DNA of 45,071 nucleotides from Alphaproteobacteria bacterium (GCA_964201945.1 CAXNIC010000003.1:1-45071), one strand, 5' to 3'; positions 8,369 to 16,694 are shown, counted from the stretch's first letter. Notes: generated by a model from the sequence alone, not told the origin. Numbers and translations: made by a program.

Positions 8369-9571
8369 TCAGGCCGTGACCTTTTCCATCAGCTTTCCGG
8401 CCGCGCGCTCGAGCCCGATCCGCTCATCCTGGTGGGGGACGTCGCGAGCCGCGGCCGTCATGGCCTGGGTCGCGTCCCACAAGTTGCGGACCGGACGCTG
8501 CTCTTCCTGGAAGAAGGTATCGAACATGGCCTCGGTGGCCGTCTTCGAGAAACCCAGGTCCGTGAAGAAGCCGATACGGTCGTCCCGCTCGGCGCCGATG
8601 GAGATCTGCTGAGCAGCCTTCACCTTGGCGACGACGGGTCCGGCCGCCTGCTCCGTGAAGGAGAGGAGCGCGGGGGCGGCCTCGTCCGCGAAGCGGGTCG
8701 GGGCGCCGCTGGTGTGGCGGATGTAGACTCGCTGAGAGCCTTCCACCCCCCACAGGTTACGGTTCTGGCAGACGGCCCGGAGCCACATGGTCTGGATCCA
8801 GGCCGCGCCGGCGCCGGTCTCGCTGTTGCAGAAGATGAAGCCCGGGAACAGATAGTCCGGGCTCCCATCCGCCAGCTTGCCCACCTCGATCGGGTGGGTA
8901 TCCCGGCACAGGAACACGAAGCAGTCGTGGTCCGACGCATAGAGCGTCGTCGACCGCTTGGTCACCGCCGTGTTCGGGTCGTAGATGCCCGAGCCCCAAT
9001 TCATGGTGCCCGGGACCTTCCAGTCGCCGCCGTCGGTGTAGTCCTTGACGTACTTGACGCCATCCGCGTCGAAGATCCGGCCGTAGTTCGGGCCGGTCAG
9101 CGCGCGGAGCTCAAGCGGGGTCTGTTCGCCCTGGTCAATGGCGTAGACCTTCATCAGCTCGGTCTCGTGGTGGGACAGCCGGTGCTGAAGCACCGTGCCC
9201 GCCAGGGGAGCCGGCAGCTGCCGGAGAAAGCCCGCGGGGGCCTTCACCTGCGTGCAGAGCTGGCCGAAGGAATAGTGCGTGGGCGAGACTTCCGTGCCGT
9301 CATCGAGCCGGAGCCCGATGAACTGGTCGTCGTCGCGCTTGCCGAAGACCCGCATCTTCCTGGTCTCGACCGTCTTCACCATGCTCGCGTCCTTGCGGGC
9401 GACGAGGCTGGCGAGGAGCGTGTCGAGATCGAGGAAGCGCTGGTCGTCGGGGCGCGAGTACCACTGCGACGAAAGAATGCCGTCGTGGCTGCCCGCCGCG
9501 GTATTGACCGTGCGAACGCCGACAGGGGCAACCGCGGGGGTGGCGCCGGTCGGCATGACAAACGTATCCAT
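8369..9571 (-). CDS. DUF932 family protein
   Basis: SSQWYSRPDDQRFL, LRALTGPNYGRI, NSETG, VCQNRNLWG, IRHT motifs; ATG at 9571 with GGAG SD. Confidence 0.8.
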   Translation of the reverse strand: MDTFVMPTGATPAVAPVGVRTVNTAAGSHDGILSSQWYSRPDDQRFLDLDTLLASLVARKDASMVKTVETRKMRVFGKRDDDQFIGLRLDDGTEVSPTHYSFGQLCTQVKAPAGFLRQLPAPLAGTVLQHRLSHHETELMKVYAIDQGEQTPLELRALTGPNYGRIFDADGVKYVKDYTDGGDWKVPGTMNWGSGIYDPNTAVTKRSTTLYASDHDCFVFLCRDTHPIEVGKLADGSPDYLFPGFIFCNSETGAGAAWIQTMWLRAVCQNRNLWGVEGSQRVYIRHTSGAPTRFADEAAPALLSFTEQAAGPVVAKVKAAQQISIGAERDDRIGFFTDLGFSKTATEAMFDTFFQEEQRPVRNLWDATQAMTAAARDVPHQDERIGLERAAGKLMEKVTA

Positions 9572-9606
9572 AGTTTTTCTCCAATGCCGGAAACTTACCG
9601 GCTTAG

Positions 9607-9673
9607 CCCTCAGCGGGTTGCTGCGAGCACGACCCATCCGGAGATGGGTTTCGGCCTCAAGGGCCGTCATCAG
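9607..9673 (-). ncRNA. Gene-less hammerhead-like unit with closed stem II (type I-like)
   Basis: CUGAUGA-C-GGCC-cuuga-GGCC-GAAAC-CCAUC-uccg-GAUGG-GUC; followed by a degenerate CUGAGGG. Confidence 0.6.
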
Positions 9674-9674
9674 G

Positions 9675-9712
9675 TCTCATCAGGATTGTTCGACCGGCCG
9701 AAGCCGGTTTCG
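9675..9712 (-). ncRNA. Hammerhead-like element 16
   Basis: Stem III CGGC-UUCG-GCCG; stem I G-AACAAU-C. Confidence 0.65.
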
Positions 9713-9716
9713 AAGT

Positions 9717-10718
9717 TCAACGGCCGATCTCGCGGGCGATCATCGCGCTTGCGCGATCGGAGATGTTCTCGAACGTCGACTTGATCTCGTCGGTCGTCGG
9801 GAACTGGTCTCCGGTCTCGGCTGAGGCGATCAGACGCGTGTTGCGCCAGGCGCCCACGAGATCGCCGTTCTCCGACAGATCGCCACCGCCACGCCGGTCG
9901 GCGTGGAACAGCATCGCCGTAAGGGCGGCGGCAGAGCCGCCGTCCCCACGCATGATGCCGGCCGTGGTGGCGACCTCGCCGAAGACGGCGGGGTCGATGA
10001 ACTGCTTCAGGTCGAGGCTGGCGAGCACCCGAGTCTGCCCCTGGTCGATCTCCGCGTCGCGGACACCGTGCCAGGAGCCGTCCTTGGGGACGCGCTGCCA
10101 GTCTCTGGGCTTGACCCCGCAGCGCTTGTAGTACTCGAGCGTCTCGGGGTCATTGTGGACCAGCTCATAGACGGCGACGTCGCCGACCTTGGCTGTGGCC
10201 ATCTGCCGAACGGGGACTTTGGTGAGCCACCCGCCCGTGTCGCAGATGCGAACGGAGCAGGCCTGCTCGATCATCCCCTGGCAGTCGGGGCTCACGTTGG
10301 TGAAGAAGCCGAGCTTCTTCAGCTCGGCCCACTCCTTCAAGGCCTCTTCGAAAGCCTGCGCCGCGTTCTCGCCGCCGTGCCATTTCTTGAAGTCCTCGTC
10401 GAACTTCGGGCCATCGGCGAGTGCGCCGCACAGGCTGTAGATCTTCGACAGCGGGGGGCCGTCGAAGTTAGGGATATCACCATCCTCGGCATAGTCGCCC
10501 ACGGCGAGGATGCGCTGGCCGGCCCACCGGCCGACCGACTTGTTGTTCCCCACATCAGCGGGACCGTTCCCAGGCTTGACGGAGATCAGGCCGACGAGAG
10601 CGGCGCAAAGGCTGCTCGGGTTGGCGATGATCTCCCAGGCCTTGAGGCCGGCGCCCAGCTGATGGGGATGCAGGTACTCGCGGCCGTTCATGGCCACGAC
10701 GTAGTGATATTGACCCAC
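9717..10718 (-). CDS. Hypothetical protein with internal domain duplication
   Basis: GTG start with AGGAG SD; GQY..V......YL.P...G ... GRW...RI pattern occurs twice. Confidence 0.8.
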   Translation of the reverse strand: MGQYHYVVAMNGREYLHPHQLGAGLKAWEIIANPSSLCAALVGLISVKPGNGPADVGNNKSVGRWAGQRILAVGDYAEDGDIPNFDGPPLSKIYSLCGALADGPKFDEDFKKWHGGENAAQAFEEALKEWAELKKLGFFTNVSPDCQGMIEQACSVRICDTGGWLTKVPVRQMATAKVGDVAVYELVHNDPETLEYYKRCGVKPRDWQRVPKDGSWHGVRDAEIDQGQTRVLASLDLKQFIDPAVFGEVATTAGIMRGDGGSAAALTAMLFHADRRGGGDLSENGDLVGAWRNTRLIASAETGDQFPTTDEIKSTFENISDRASAMIAREIGR

Positions 10719-10806
10719 AGTTTTTCTCCTTTTGTCGCTCGGCGGTAAGTCGAGCGGAGAGAACCGCGGCTGCTACAAACTGCAGCTTCGCCTTGCTTGT
10801 GCAAGG

Positions 10807-10858
10807 TCTCTTCAGGCGGTTTTGGAGAAAACCGGACCGAGGTTGTCCCTCGGTTTCG
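10807..10858 (-). ncRNA. Hammerhead-like element 17 (CUGAAGAG)
   Basis: N7=A; stem III CGAGG/CCUCG; stem I CGGUUUU/AAAACCG. Confidence 0.68.
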
Positions 10859-10862
10859 AAGG

Positions 10863-11012
10863 TCACTTCTTGCTCTTGGTCTCCGTCAGGGTCTGCTGCG
10901 CGTACCGAGCGACCAGGATCACCAGAACGATGACCAGGGCCGTCGGCAGCGGATGCGAGAACAGGCCGGAGAGAAGGGCAGGAATGGTGACGTACCAGTC
11001 GAGGACGCCCAA
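10863..11012 (-). CDS. Small membrane protein (49 aa), absent from the ORF track
   Basis: AAGGAGG then TTG; MGVLDWYVTIPALLSGLFSHPLPTALVIVLVILVARYAQQTLTETKSKK. Confidence 0.65.
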   Translation of the reverse strand: MGVLDWYVTIPALLSGLFSHPLPTALVIVLVILVARYAQQTLTETKSKK

Positions 11013-11052
11013 GCGGGCCTCCTTATGTTGCTGACAAGAGAATGGTCCTCCA

Positions 11053-11101
11053 TCTCATCAGGTGCCAGCCGATTGCTGGCCGACCGGCTAGGCCGGTTTC
11101 G
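11053..11101 (-). ncRNA. Hammerhead-like element 18 (long stem I)
   Basis: Stem I GCCAGC/GCUGGC; TAG in loop III. Confidence 0.68.
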
Positions 11102-11678
11102 GTTCCTCGGGGTTCAGCAGAATGTGGGCCTCGACGGCCTGCAGATCGCGGATGGCCGTGTCGAGTCCCTTCAGCACGGACTGCAAGCCTTCTTCACCGA
11201 GATCGGAGATCTCCAGCCAGAGGAAGTCGAACAGCGTGTCGCCCGTCTCGTGCGCGCGCACCGTCATGTCGACCGCCCCCAGATCGTTGCGGTCGATCGG
11301 CAGGAGGTCGGCGTTGGGGTACGACGCCAAGAGCAGGGCGTGGAACCGGTTGAAGGACAGCCGCGCGACAGGAGACGGGGCATCCCATCTCTCATCGTCG
11401 GTGGCGTCCGGGACGCCGTAGTTGTGCGGGTTGAGCTGGATCTCGCCATCCCAGTCCTTCAGGGCCTTTCGGGTGGCCCTGTCATCGGGGAGGACGGTCA
11501 TCAGCGCTCCGAGCTCGTTGAGCTCGTTCATCTTCACGGTCGCGCGCGCCCCCTCGGGGACGATGCACTCCGGAAATATGTCGTGCGGCGTCACGAAGAC
11601 CAGGCGATCGCCGGCCTTCGTGCAGGAAAGCTCGCGCCAGGTAAGCGGCGTGCGAGCCGGTGTCTGTTCGGTGGCCAT
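11088..11678 (-). CDS. Hypothetical protein
   Basis: Start MATEQ after GGAGG; ends PKPA*. Confidence 0.75.
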   Translation of the reverse strand: MATEQTPARTPLTWRELSCTKAGDRLVFVTPHDIFPECIVPEGARATVKMNELNELGALMTVLPDDRATRKALKDWDGEIQLNPHNYGVPDATDDERWDAPSPVARLSFNRFHALLLASYPNADLLPIDRNDLGAVDMTVRAHETGDTLFDFLWLEISDLGEEGLQSVLKGLDTAIRDLQAVEAHILLNPEEPKPA

Positions 11679-11690
11679 TGCAGGCCTCCT

Positions 11691-11742
11691 CCTCATCAGT
11701 GGCTGGCTATGTTACCAGCAGACCGGCCGAAGCCGGGTTTCG
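11691..11742 (-). ncRNA. Hammerhead-like element 19
   Basis: UUCG loop III; stem I GCUGG/CCAGC. Confidence 0.62.
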
Positions 11743-11743
11743 A

Positions 11744-12136
11744 TCAGCCGGGATTGCCGCTCAGGGCATCTCCGCCGACGTCCTTGATCCGAGCGCGCTC
11801 CATCTCGCGGGCGCGCTGGCGGGCCTCGGGCATGGTCATGAACTTGACCTTGCCCCGGATCTCCTCGACGTCGCTCCGGGCCGCCGCGGTCTCGCCATCC
11901 TCATCGCGATTGACGACGATGGCGTTGCCGGCGAACGGCTGGTGGGCGCCGATGTCGAAGAAGCACTGGTAACCCTTCAGCAGGCCCTCCTCGTCGACGT
12001 ACACGTTGTCTCCGTTGTCGAGCTCGGTGGCCCATTCAATATAGCCGCCGACGGCCTTCTGGAGATCCTCCAGCTTGCCCTCGATTTCGACCTCGCGGAT
12101 CTCGCGGGCCGTGGCGTCGATGATGATGGCGCGCAT
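11744..12136 (-). CDS. DUF3846-like protein
   Basis: LEDLQKAVGGYIE and VDEEGLLK motifs. Confidence 0.75.
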   Translation of the reverse strand: MRAIIIDATAREIREVEIEGKLEDLQKAVGGYIEWATELDNGDNVYVDEEGLLKGYQCFFDIGAHQPFAGNAIVVNRDEDGETAAARSDVEEIRGKVKFMTMPEARQRAREMERARIKDVGGDALSGNPG

Positions 12137-12145
12137 GGCGCACCT

Positions 12146-12195
12146 CCTCTTCAGAGCCAGCGTTGGTGCTGGCGACCCGCTCTAGGCGGGTTTCG
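12146..12195 (-). ncRNA. Hammerhead-like element 20 (CUGAAGAG)
   Basis: N7=A; stem I GCCAGC/GCUGGC. Confidence 0.68.
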
Positions 12196-12853
12196 TCTCC
12201 TCGGGAGCGGCGAAGAACGCGCGCGCCTGGTCGGCCAGGCCGGTGCGCTCGCAGTAGGTGCGAGCGGCGGCTTCGGCGCTGTCGAAATCCTCGCCCCAAA
12301 GCTGAATGCCGCTCTGGTCGAGCACGAGCCATTTCTGGTCGTCGGGCCGGTAGCGGATCTGCGCGCCGTTGGTTTTGGCGAGGCGGACCGCCGGAGTCTG
12401 AAGCGAGATGTGCCAGCCCATATCCTTGAGCTGTTCCTCCATCCAGCGGCCGGTATTGGTCCAGCTGGCCTCGTCCTTGGTGAAGACGACGGCGCCGCCG
12501 CCATAAGCGTCGAGCCTCGGCTTCGAGCAGGAGTTTGACCACTCGAAGCCGACAGCCTCGTGGATGTCGAACTTCTTCATGGTCTCCTGCAGGAGCGGAA
12601 CGATTACCTCGGGTGAGGCGCTCTCGTCCGTGTGGATCCAGAGACCCTGCTCGTCGATGGAGAAGTGGGCCCCTTGCGTGCTGCCGTCTTCCTCGGCGCC
12701 GAGGCGCCTGACGATCTCGACAATATCGGGGGTGACTTCCGCGGCGTCGCCGCAGACGACCTTGTCCCAAGCATCCGCCAGGTCGCACGCGAACTTCATC
12801 GCGGGCTCTGGCCATTTCACCTGGAACGACAGGTCCAGAAAGTAGTCAGCCAT
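12182..12853 (-). CDS. Conserved hypothetical protein
   Basis: MADYF start, GFEWSNSCSKPRLDAYGGGA; ends TKPA*. Confidence 0.8.
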   Translation of the reverse strand: MADYFLDLSFQVKWPEPAMKFACDLADAWDKVVCGDAAEVTPDIVEIVRRLGAEEDGSTQGAHFSIDEQGLWIHTDESASPEVIVPLLQETMKKFDIHEAVGFEWSNSCSKPRLDAYGGGAVVFTKDEASWTNTGRWMEEQLKDMGWHISLQTPAVRLAKTNGAQIRYRPDDQKWLVLDQSGIQLWGEDFDSAEAAARTYCERTGLADQARAFFAAPEETKPA

Positions 12854-12861
12854 AGGCTGAT

Positions 12862-12908
12862 CCTCCTCAGTACCGGCAGGGCGCCGGCAGACCGCCGAAG
12901 CGGTTTCG
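12862..12908 (-). ncRNA. Hammerhead-like element 21 (CUGAGGAG)
   Basis: N7=G; UUCG loop III; stem I UGCCGGC/GCCGGUA. Confidence 0.7.
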
Positions 12909-12910
12909 TG

Positions 12911-13435
12911 TCAGGCCGGGACGGTCGCCTTGGCGAGCGTCAGCGGCGGGATGTCGGCCAGGAAATGCTCCTGAAGGACCCTGGCCCATTTGGCCAGGCC
13001 GTCGGGGCCCTCCTTGTCGAGGACCGCGATCACGCTCGCGATGCCGACCAGCATCTCGTCGTCCGAGTTGCTGGCGGCATGCGATCCGACCTCGAGCGAG
13101 TCCGGCAGCTTGATCATGCCGGGCTGCCAGAACACCGCGGTCGCCGAGTAGGCATAGTGCCCGTTGTCGCCGCGGCGGTAGGTGAGGTCGAGCTCGCGGC
13201 AGGTCGCCTCGAGGTCGCCGAAGTACCCGCCGACCACCTCGTTCTTGAACAGGTGGAGCGACGTGCCCTCCTCGATGGCCGGGCGGATATGCGCCTCGGC
13301 CTCGTCTTCGGTCTTGAAGCGGGTATCCCAGTCGTCGCCGATGCCCTCGTTGTAGATGGCTTCGGCGAGCGTCTTGATGCCCTCTTCGGTGATGGGGCCG
13401 CCTATGTAGATCCAGGCGGATGATCTGTCGGACAT
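12911..13435 (-). CDS. Hypothetical protein
   Basis: Start MSDRSSA.I.IGG after the SD in element 22. Confidence 0.75.
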   Translation of the reverse strand: MSDRSSAWIYIGGPITEEGIKTLAEAIYNEGIGDDWDTRFKTEDEAEAHIRPAIEEGTSLHLFKNEVVGGYFGDLEATCRELDLTYRRGDNGHYAYSATAVFWQPGMIKLPDSLEVGSHAASNSDDEMLVGIASVIAVLDKEGPDGLAKWARVLQEHFLADIPPLTLAKATVPA

Positions 13436-13443
13436 AGTCTCCT

Positions 13444-13480
13444 CCTCATCAGGTTGAAACGACCGGCTAGGCCGGTTTCG
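13444..13480 (-). ncRNA. Hammerhead-like element 22
   Basis: Consensus copy; TAG in loop III. Confidence 0.65.
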
Positions 13481-13709
13481 TCTTGACGCCGATGCCATCC
13501 AGGGCGGACCCAGGATGGAAGGGGATGTCCCCGTGCTCGGGCATCAGGATGTTGATCCCGAACACGACCCTCAGCTCGTCGATCACGTCGCGGCTGACTG
13601 TCTCCGGGTTTCTCATGTACCTCGTCAGCATGTCGGCGAGCAACGCAGGGCTCCTCGCGACATTGCCAGCGAAGTCGTGGTTGATCGTGAGCCTGGTAAT
13701 CCTGCTCAT
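13467..13709 (-). CDS. Hypothetical protein
   Basis: MSRITRL...TKPA*, 80 aa. Confidence 0.7.
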   Translation of the reverse strand: MSRITRLTINHDFAGNVARSPALLADMLTRYMRNPETVSRDVIDELRVVFGINILMPEHGDIPFHPGSALDGIGVKTKPA

Positions 13710-13717
13710 CGGTCTCT

Positions 13718-13753
13718 CCTCATCAGGTTGTTCGACCGCCCTAGGCGGTTTCG
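13718..13753 (-). ncRNA. Hammerhead-like element 23
   Basis: CGCC-UAG-GGCG stem III. Confidence 0.65.
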
Positions 13754-14235
13754 CTTTCGGCGACGCGCTCCAGGCGGACCCGAGGAACGGCGCCGCCGCC
13801 ATACATGGCGGTCCCGGTGCGCATCAGCTCCTCATAGATCTTCTGGCACTCCTCGGTCTCGAGGTCGCCCATGGCTTCGCCGAAGGAACATGTGCCCTCC
13901 AGCTCGCCACCGGGGTCCTTGTAGACGCGGACCTCAGGGTCCTTGTCGAACTCGGTGCCCGCGAAGTCGACCCAGATCCAGGCCATGACGTAGGCGCCGT
14001 TGTCTTCTCCTTCAGAGATGACGGCATTGTCATCGAGCTCGAGCTCGCCATCGCGAAGTGTCGCCTCGGTCCCGCCATCGTTGGCGATAAACCGGATCTT
14101 GGCGTCGCGGTCGGCGCTGTCGGCGCGGTCACTGAATTTCTTCAGGACCGCGCCACCTGTGCCGCCCGAGAGCGGGCCGAGGGTCTTCCTCAGGAAGGAA
14201 ATCTCAGCCTGGCTGAACAGGTAGTATTCGGACAT
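13741..14235 (-). CDS. Hypothetical protein
   Basis: 164 aa; DGELELDDNAVIS...NGAYVMAWIWV; ends ETA*. Confidence 0.78.
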   Translation of the reverse strand: MSEYYLFSQAEISFLRKTLGPLSGGTGGAVLKKFSDRADSADRDAKIRFIANDGGTEATLRDGELELDDNAVISEGEDNGAYVMAWIWVDFAGTEFDKDPEVRVYKDPGGELEGTCSFGEAMGDLETEECQKIYEELMRTGTAMYGGGAVPRVRLERVAESETA

Positions 14236-14242
14236 TGGTTCT

Positions 14243-14279
14243 CCTCATCAGTTGTGGAGACCGCCCTCAGGCGGTTTCG
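14243..14279 (-). ncRNA. Hammerhead-like element 24
   Basis: Consensus copy; stem I U-CCACA-A. Confidence 0.65.
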
Positions 14280-14482
14280 GTCTTGCCGTAGTTGCGCGCC
14301 ACCATGAACTCGCGGGCGGCCCGCCTGACGGCGAGCGGCACGGAGCGGTAGAGGACGCGGACCTGGGGGCCGGGGCCCACGGGCATCGACGAGCAGTTGA
14401 GCTTCTTCGATCCCCTGCGGGTCGGCTCGAGGACGAAGACGGCTTCCCCATGGGTCATCTGGAACATTGGCAGGGTTGCCAT
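14267..14482 (-). CDS. Hypothetical protein
   Basis: 71 aa; ends ETA*. Confidence 0.65.
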   Translation of the reverse strand: MATLPMFQMTHGEAVFVLEPTRRGSKKLNCSSMPVGPGPQVRVLYRSVPLAVRRAAREFMVARNYGKTETA

Positions 14483-14489
14483 TGTGCCT

Positions 14490-14524
14490 CCTCATCAGTG
14501 TGAGACCGGCGATCGCCGGTTTCG
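14490..14524 (-). ncRNA. Hammerhead-like element 25
   Basis: Self-complementary stem III CGGCGAUCGCCG; stem I U-CAC-A. Confidence 0.65.
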
Positions 14525-15013
14525 CTACCAGGTGAACTGCTCGAAGTCTTCGAGCGGCTCGCCGTCGCGGTCGAGGTTGAGCCACCAGCAGCCCAGCTTG
14601 TGGGCATGCTCGACCAGCTTGATCAGATGCCCGGAGAGCCCAGCCTCGCGCATGTGCGTGATCTGGGCCTCGTGGCATTCGCCATCCTGGTCGACGTGGA
14701 GCAGCCAGCCCGCGTCGGTGCAGACGTGACCGATCAGCAGCGCATCGCGGCTGACCAGATCGCGCAGCAGGTCGTCATCCGACTTCGGGATGTGCCCGGT
14801 GCTGACGACCAGCATCTCGACGACCAGGCTGTTCCATTCATGACCGGCGAAGATCGGCTTGACGCCGGCCTCGTCCTTCACGGTGAACATCCAATGGTCG
14901 CTGGGAAGCGGCATCAGGGTGAAGAATTTCGAGGCCTCGATCAGGCGCGCGGCAATCAGCAGCGCTGTTCCCGATCCCTTGACCTCGTATTCGGAATGGC
15001 CAGGAATGTCCAT
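14525..15013 (-). CDS. DUF5983-like protein
   Basis: LVVSTGHI ... A.KLGCWWLNLDRDG. Confidence 0.65.
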   Translation of the reverse strand: MDIPGHSEYEVKGSGTALLIAARLIEASKFFTLMPLPSDHWMFTVKDEAGVKPIFAGHEWNSLVVEMLVVSTGHIPKSDDDLLRDLVSRDALLIGHVCTDAGWLLHVDQDGECHEAQITHMREAGLSGHLIKLVEHAHKLGCWWLNLDRDGEPLEDFEQFTW

Positions 15014-15020
15014 TCTAGCT

Positions 15021-15054
15021 CCTCATCAGTTGCAGACCGCCTTAGGCGGTTTCG
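15021..15054 (-). ncRNA. Hammerhead-like element 26
   Basis: CGCC-UAA-GGCG; stem I U-GCA-A. Confidence 0.65.
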
Positions 15055-15251
15055 AGGTGGGGGCCGGCGACTTCTTCCAGCCAGGCCTCCGTGATTCGCT
15101 GTGGGACCAGGCGCATGTATGACATCGCCCAGGCCCCGCGCTCCCTTTCGAGCTTCTTCTGCTCGTTGATCGACAGACTGCGCCACCAGATTTGAGCGTA
15201 GTGGCGCTGCCTGTCTGCCGCGGTGCAGAGACAGCTTCGTTCACCGCACAT
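15042..15251 (-). CDS. Hypothetical protein
   Basis: 69 aa; ends ETA*. Confidence 0.65.
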   Translation of the reverse strand: MCGERSCLCTAADRQRHYAQIWWRSLSINEQKKLERERGAWAMSYMRLVPQRITEAWLEEVAGPHLETA

Positions 15252-15260
15252 GGCGGCTCT

Positions 15261-15294
15261 CCTCATCAGTTTCAGACCGGCATGGCCGGTTTCG
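15261..15294 (-). ncRNA. Hammerhead-like element 27
   Basis: Consensus copy, minimal stem I. Confidence 0.65.
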
Positions 15295-15296
15295 AT

Positions 15297-15566
15297 CTAT
15301 CCCGGCAGGTTGCCGGCGATCTGCTGGACGCCGATGTAGCCTCGGACGGCTATGATCAGCGCGATCTGGCGGGTCAGATGCTCGGCGAGGGGCTTGTTGC
15401 CCTCCATATCGGCCATCGTGGCCGCGCCGCAGAAGAAACTGACGGCTTCATCGTCGCGCTTGATGCCCTTCAGGTTGAGGGTCTTGGCCCTCTCGATGAA
15501 GCACGTCGCGAGCGTGCGGCTGGCGCTGACCAGCTCCGGCGCGAGGCCGGGGTTGGTGTCAGGCAT
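15297..15566 (-). CDS. Hypothetical protein
   Basis: MPDTNP start after the SD. Confidence 0.7.
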   Translation of the reverse strand: MPDTNPGLAPELVSASRTLATCFIERAKTLNLKGIKRDDEAVSFFCGAATMADMEGNKPLAEHLTRQIALIIAVRGYIGVQQIAGNLPG

Positions 15567-15574
15567 AGATGTCT

Positions 15575-15611
15575 CCTCATCAGGTTGGACGACCGGCATC
15601 AGCCGGTTTCG
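15575..15611 (-). ncRNA. Hammerhead-like element 28
   Basis: Consensus copy; TGA (ETG*) in loop III. Confidence 0.65.
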
Positions 15612-15829
15612 GATCCGAGCAGGATGCGTCGGATCTCCTTGGTGCGGTCGAGCCGCCCCATCGAGAACACGCGATTGAAGGCCGTCTTCAGCGTCTCTGT
15701 GGAGACGCCGGCGTCGTGCGCGATCTTCAATTGTCGGGCCGACAGGATGGGGTCCACCAAGCTGGAGCCCGCCTCGGGGTCCAGGAGGTTGAGATTCCCC
15801 TCTCGGTCGACGTCGATGTGCTTCGACAT
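15599..15829 (-). CDS. Hypothetical protein
   Basis: 76 aa between elements. Confidence 0.68.
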   Translation of the reverse strand: MSKHIDVDREGNLNLLDPEAGSSLVDPILSARQLKIAHDAGVSTETLKTAFNRVFSMGRLDRTKEIRRILLGSETG

Positions 15830-15833
15830 GGTT

Positions 15834-15869
15834 CCTCATCAGGTTGTTCGACCGGCAGGGCCGGTTTCG
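15834..15869 (-). ncRNA. Hammerhead-like element 29
   Basis: Consensus copy. Confidence 0.65.
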
Positions 15870-15872
15870 ATC

Positions 15873-16169
15873 TCATGCGGCGCAGATCGCGCCGATGAAC
15901 CAGCACTCGGGCTGGCCCGGCTCCTGGAGCCGAATGGCAACGGCGGGGCCGCGCTTATGGACCTTGGGGTGGAGGTAGTTGTCGGCTTCCTTCCAGCCCT
16001 GGCAGACCATATCGTCGATGGTCAGGCCCCGGGCCTCGCTGATGGCGCCGTTGTCGTACCTGTGGCCGTATCTAACGCGAGCGGATCCCTGCCAGGAGTC
16101 GAAGTGCTTCTGCAGCTCCTCTTTGGTCAGCTTCCCATCGAATTTGTGGGTGACGTAGTTGGCTGCCAT
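15873..16169 (-). CDS. Hypothetical protein
   Basis: 98 aa; YGH.Y.NG.I motif. Confidence 0.72.
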   Translation of the reverse strand: MAANYVTHKFDGKLTKEELQKHFDSWQGSARVRYGHRYDNGAISEARGLTIDDMVCQGWKEADNYLHPKVHKRGPAVAIRLQEPGQPECWFIGAICAA

Positions 16170-16174
16170 GCTCT

Positions 16175-16216
16175 CCTCATCAGGTTGAACGACCGCTGCA
16201 CTAGGCAGCGGTTTCG
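16175..16216 (-). ncRNA. Hammerhead-like element 30
   Basis: Extended stem III CGCUGC/GCAGCG, TAG in the loop. Confidence 0.67.
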
Positions 16217-16449
16217 AGGGGATATGGGGCGCCGGCGTTCGTCAGCACAGGCTTCGAGCCCGGCTTCATGTAGCCGACGACCTCGGCATCGAGCCAGCCA
16301 CCGGACGCGGAGGTCACGGGGCCGAACAGGAGGCCGCGATCCTTGGCGGCGGCGACGATCTGCGCGGCATCGGCTCCGACCACGCGTCCGAAGACGCGCT
16401 TCTTGTTCGGGTTCCTGCTGTCGCGCTCGAAGAAGGTCACGCCGGGCAT
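16201..16449 (-). CDS. Hypothetical protein
   Basis: MPGVTFF...ETAA*; start chosen by eye. Confidence 0.6.
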   Translation of the reverse strand: MPGVTFFERDSRNPNKKRVFGRVVGADAAQIVAAAKDRGLLFGPVTSASGGWLDAEVVGYMKPGSKPVLTNAGAPYPLETAA

Positions 16450-16616
16450 GGGCGGCCCCCCAGGTTCATGATGGTGGCGGTGCCGTCGCCCGCCCAGATC
16501 AGGGCGAGCTGCTCGGCGACGTAGGCCTTCTTGCCGTGCCACCAGCGCCAGTAGAGGCGCACGTTGCCGGACGGCTCGGAAAAGATCACGAGCGGCTCGG
16601 CTTTTACCTTGTCCAT
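16437..16616 (-). CDS. Hypothetical protein
   Basis: MDKVKAEP..., GGAG SD, 59 aa. Confidence 0.55.
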   Translation of the reverse strand: MDKVKAEPLVIFSEPSGNVRLYWRWWHGKKAYVAEQLALIWAGDGTATIMNLGGRPCPA

Positions 16617-16649
16617 GGAATCTCCCACGGTCGGGTTCTGGCGATGGAT

Positions 16650-16692
16650 CATCGTCAGCTGCCCGAAGGCAGGACCGGCTATGCCGGTTTCG
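16650..16692 (-). ncRNA. Hammerhead-like element 31 (CUGACGA)
   Basis: Perfect stem I CUGCC-UUCG-GGCAG; N7=C; 10.1=U variant. Confidence 0.65.
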
Positions 16693-16694
16693 AC

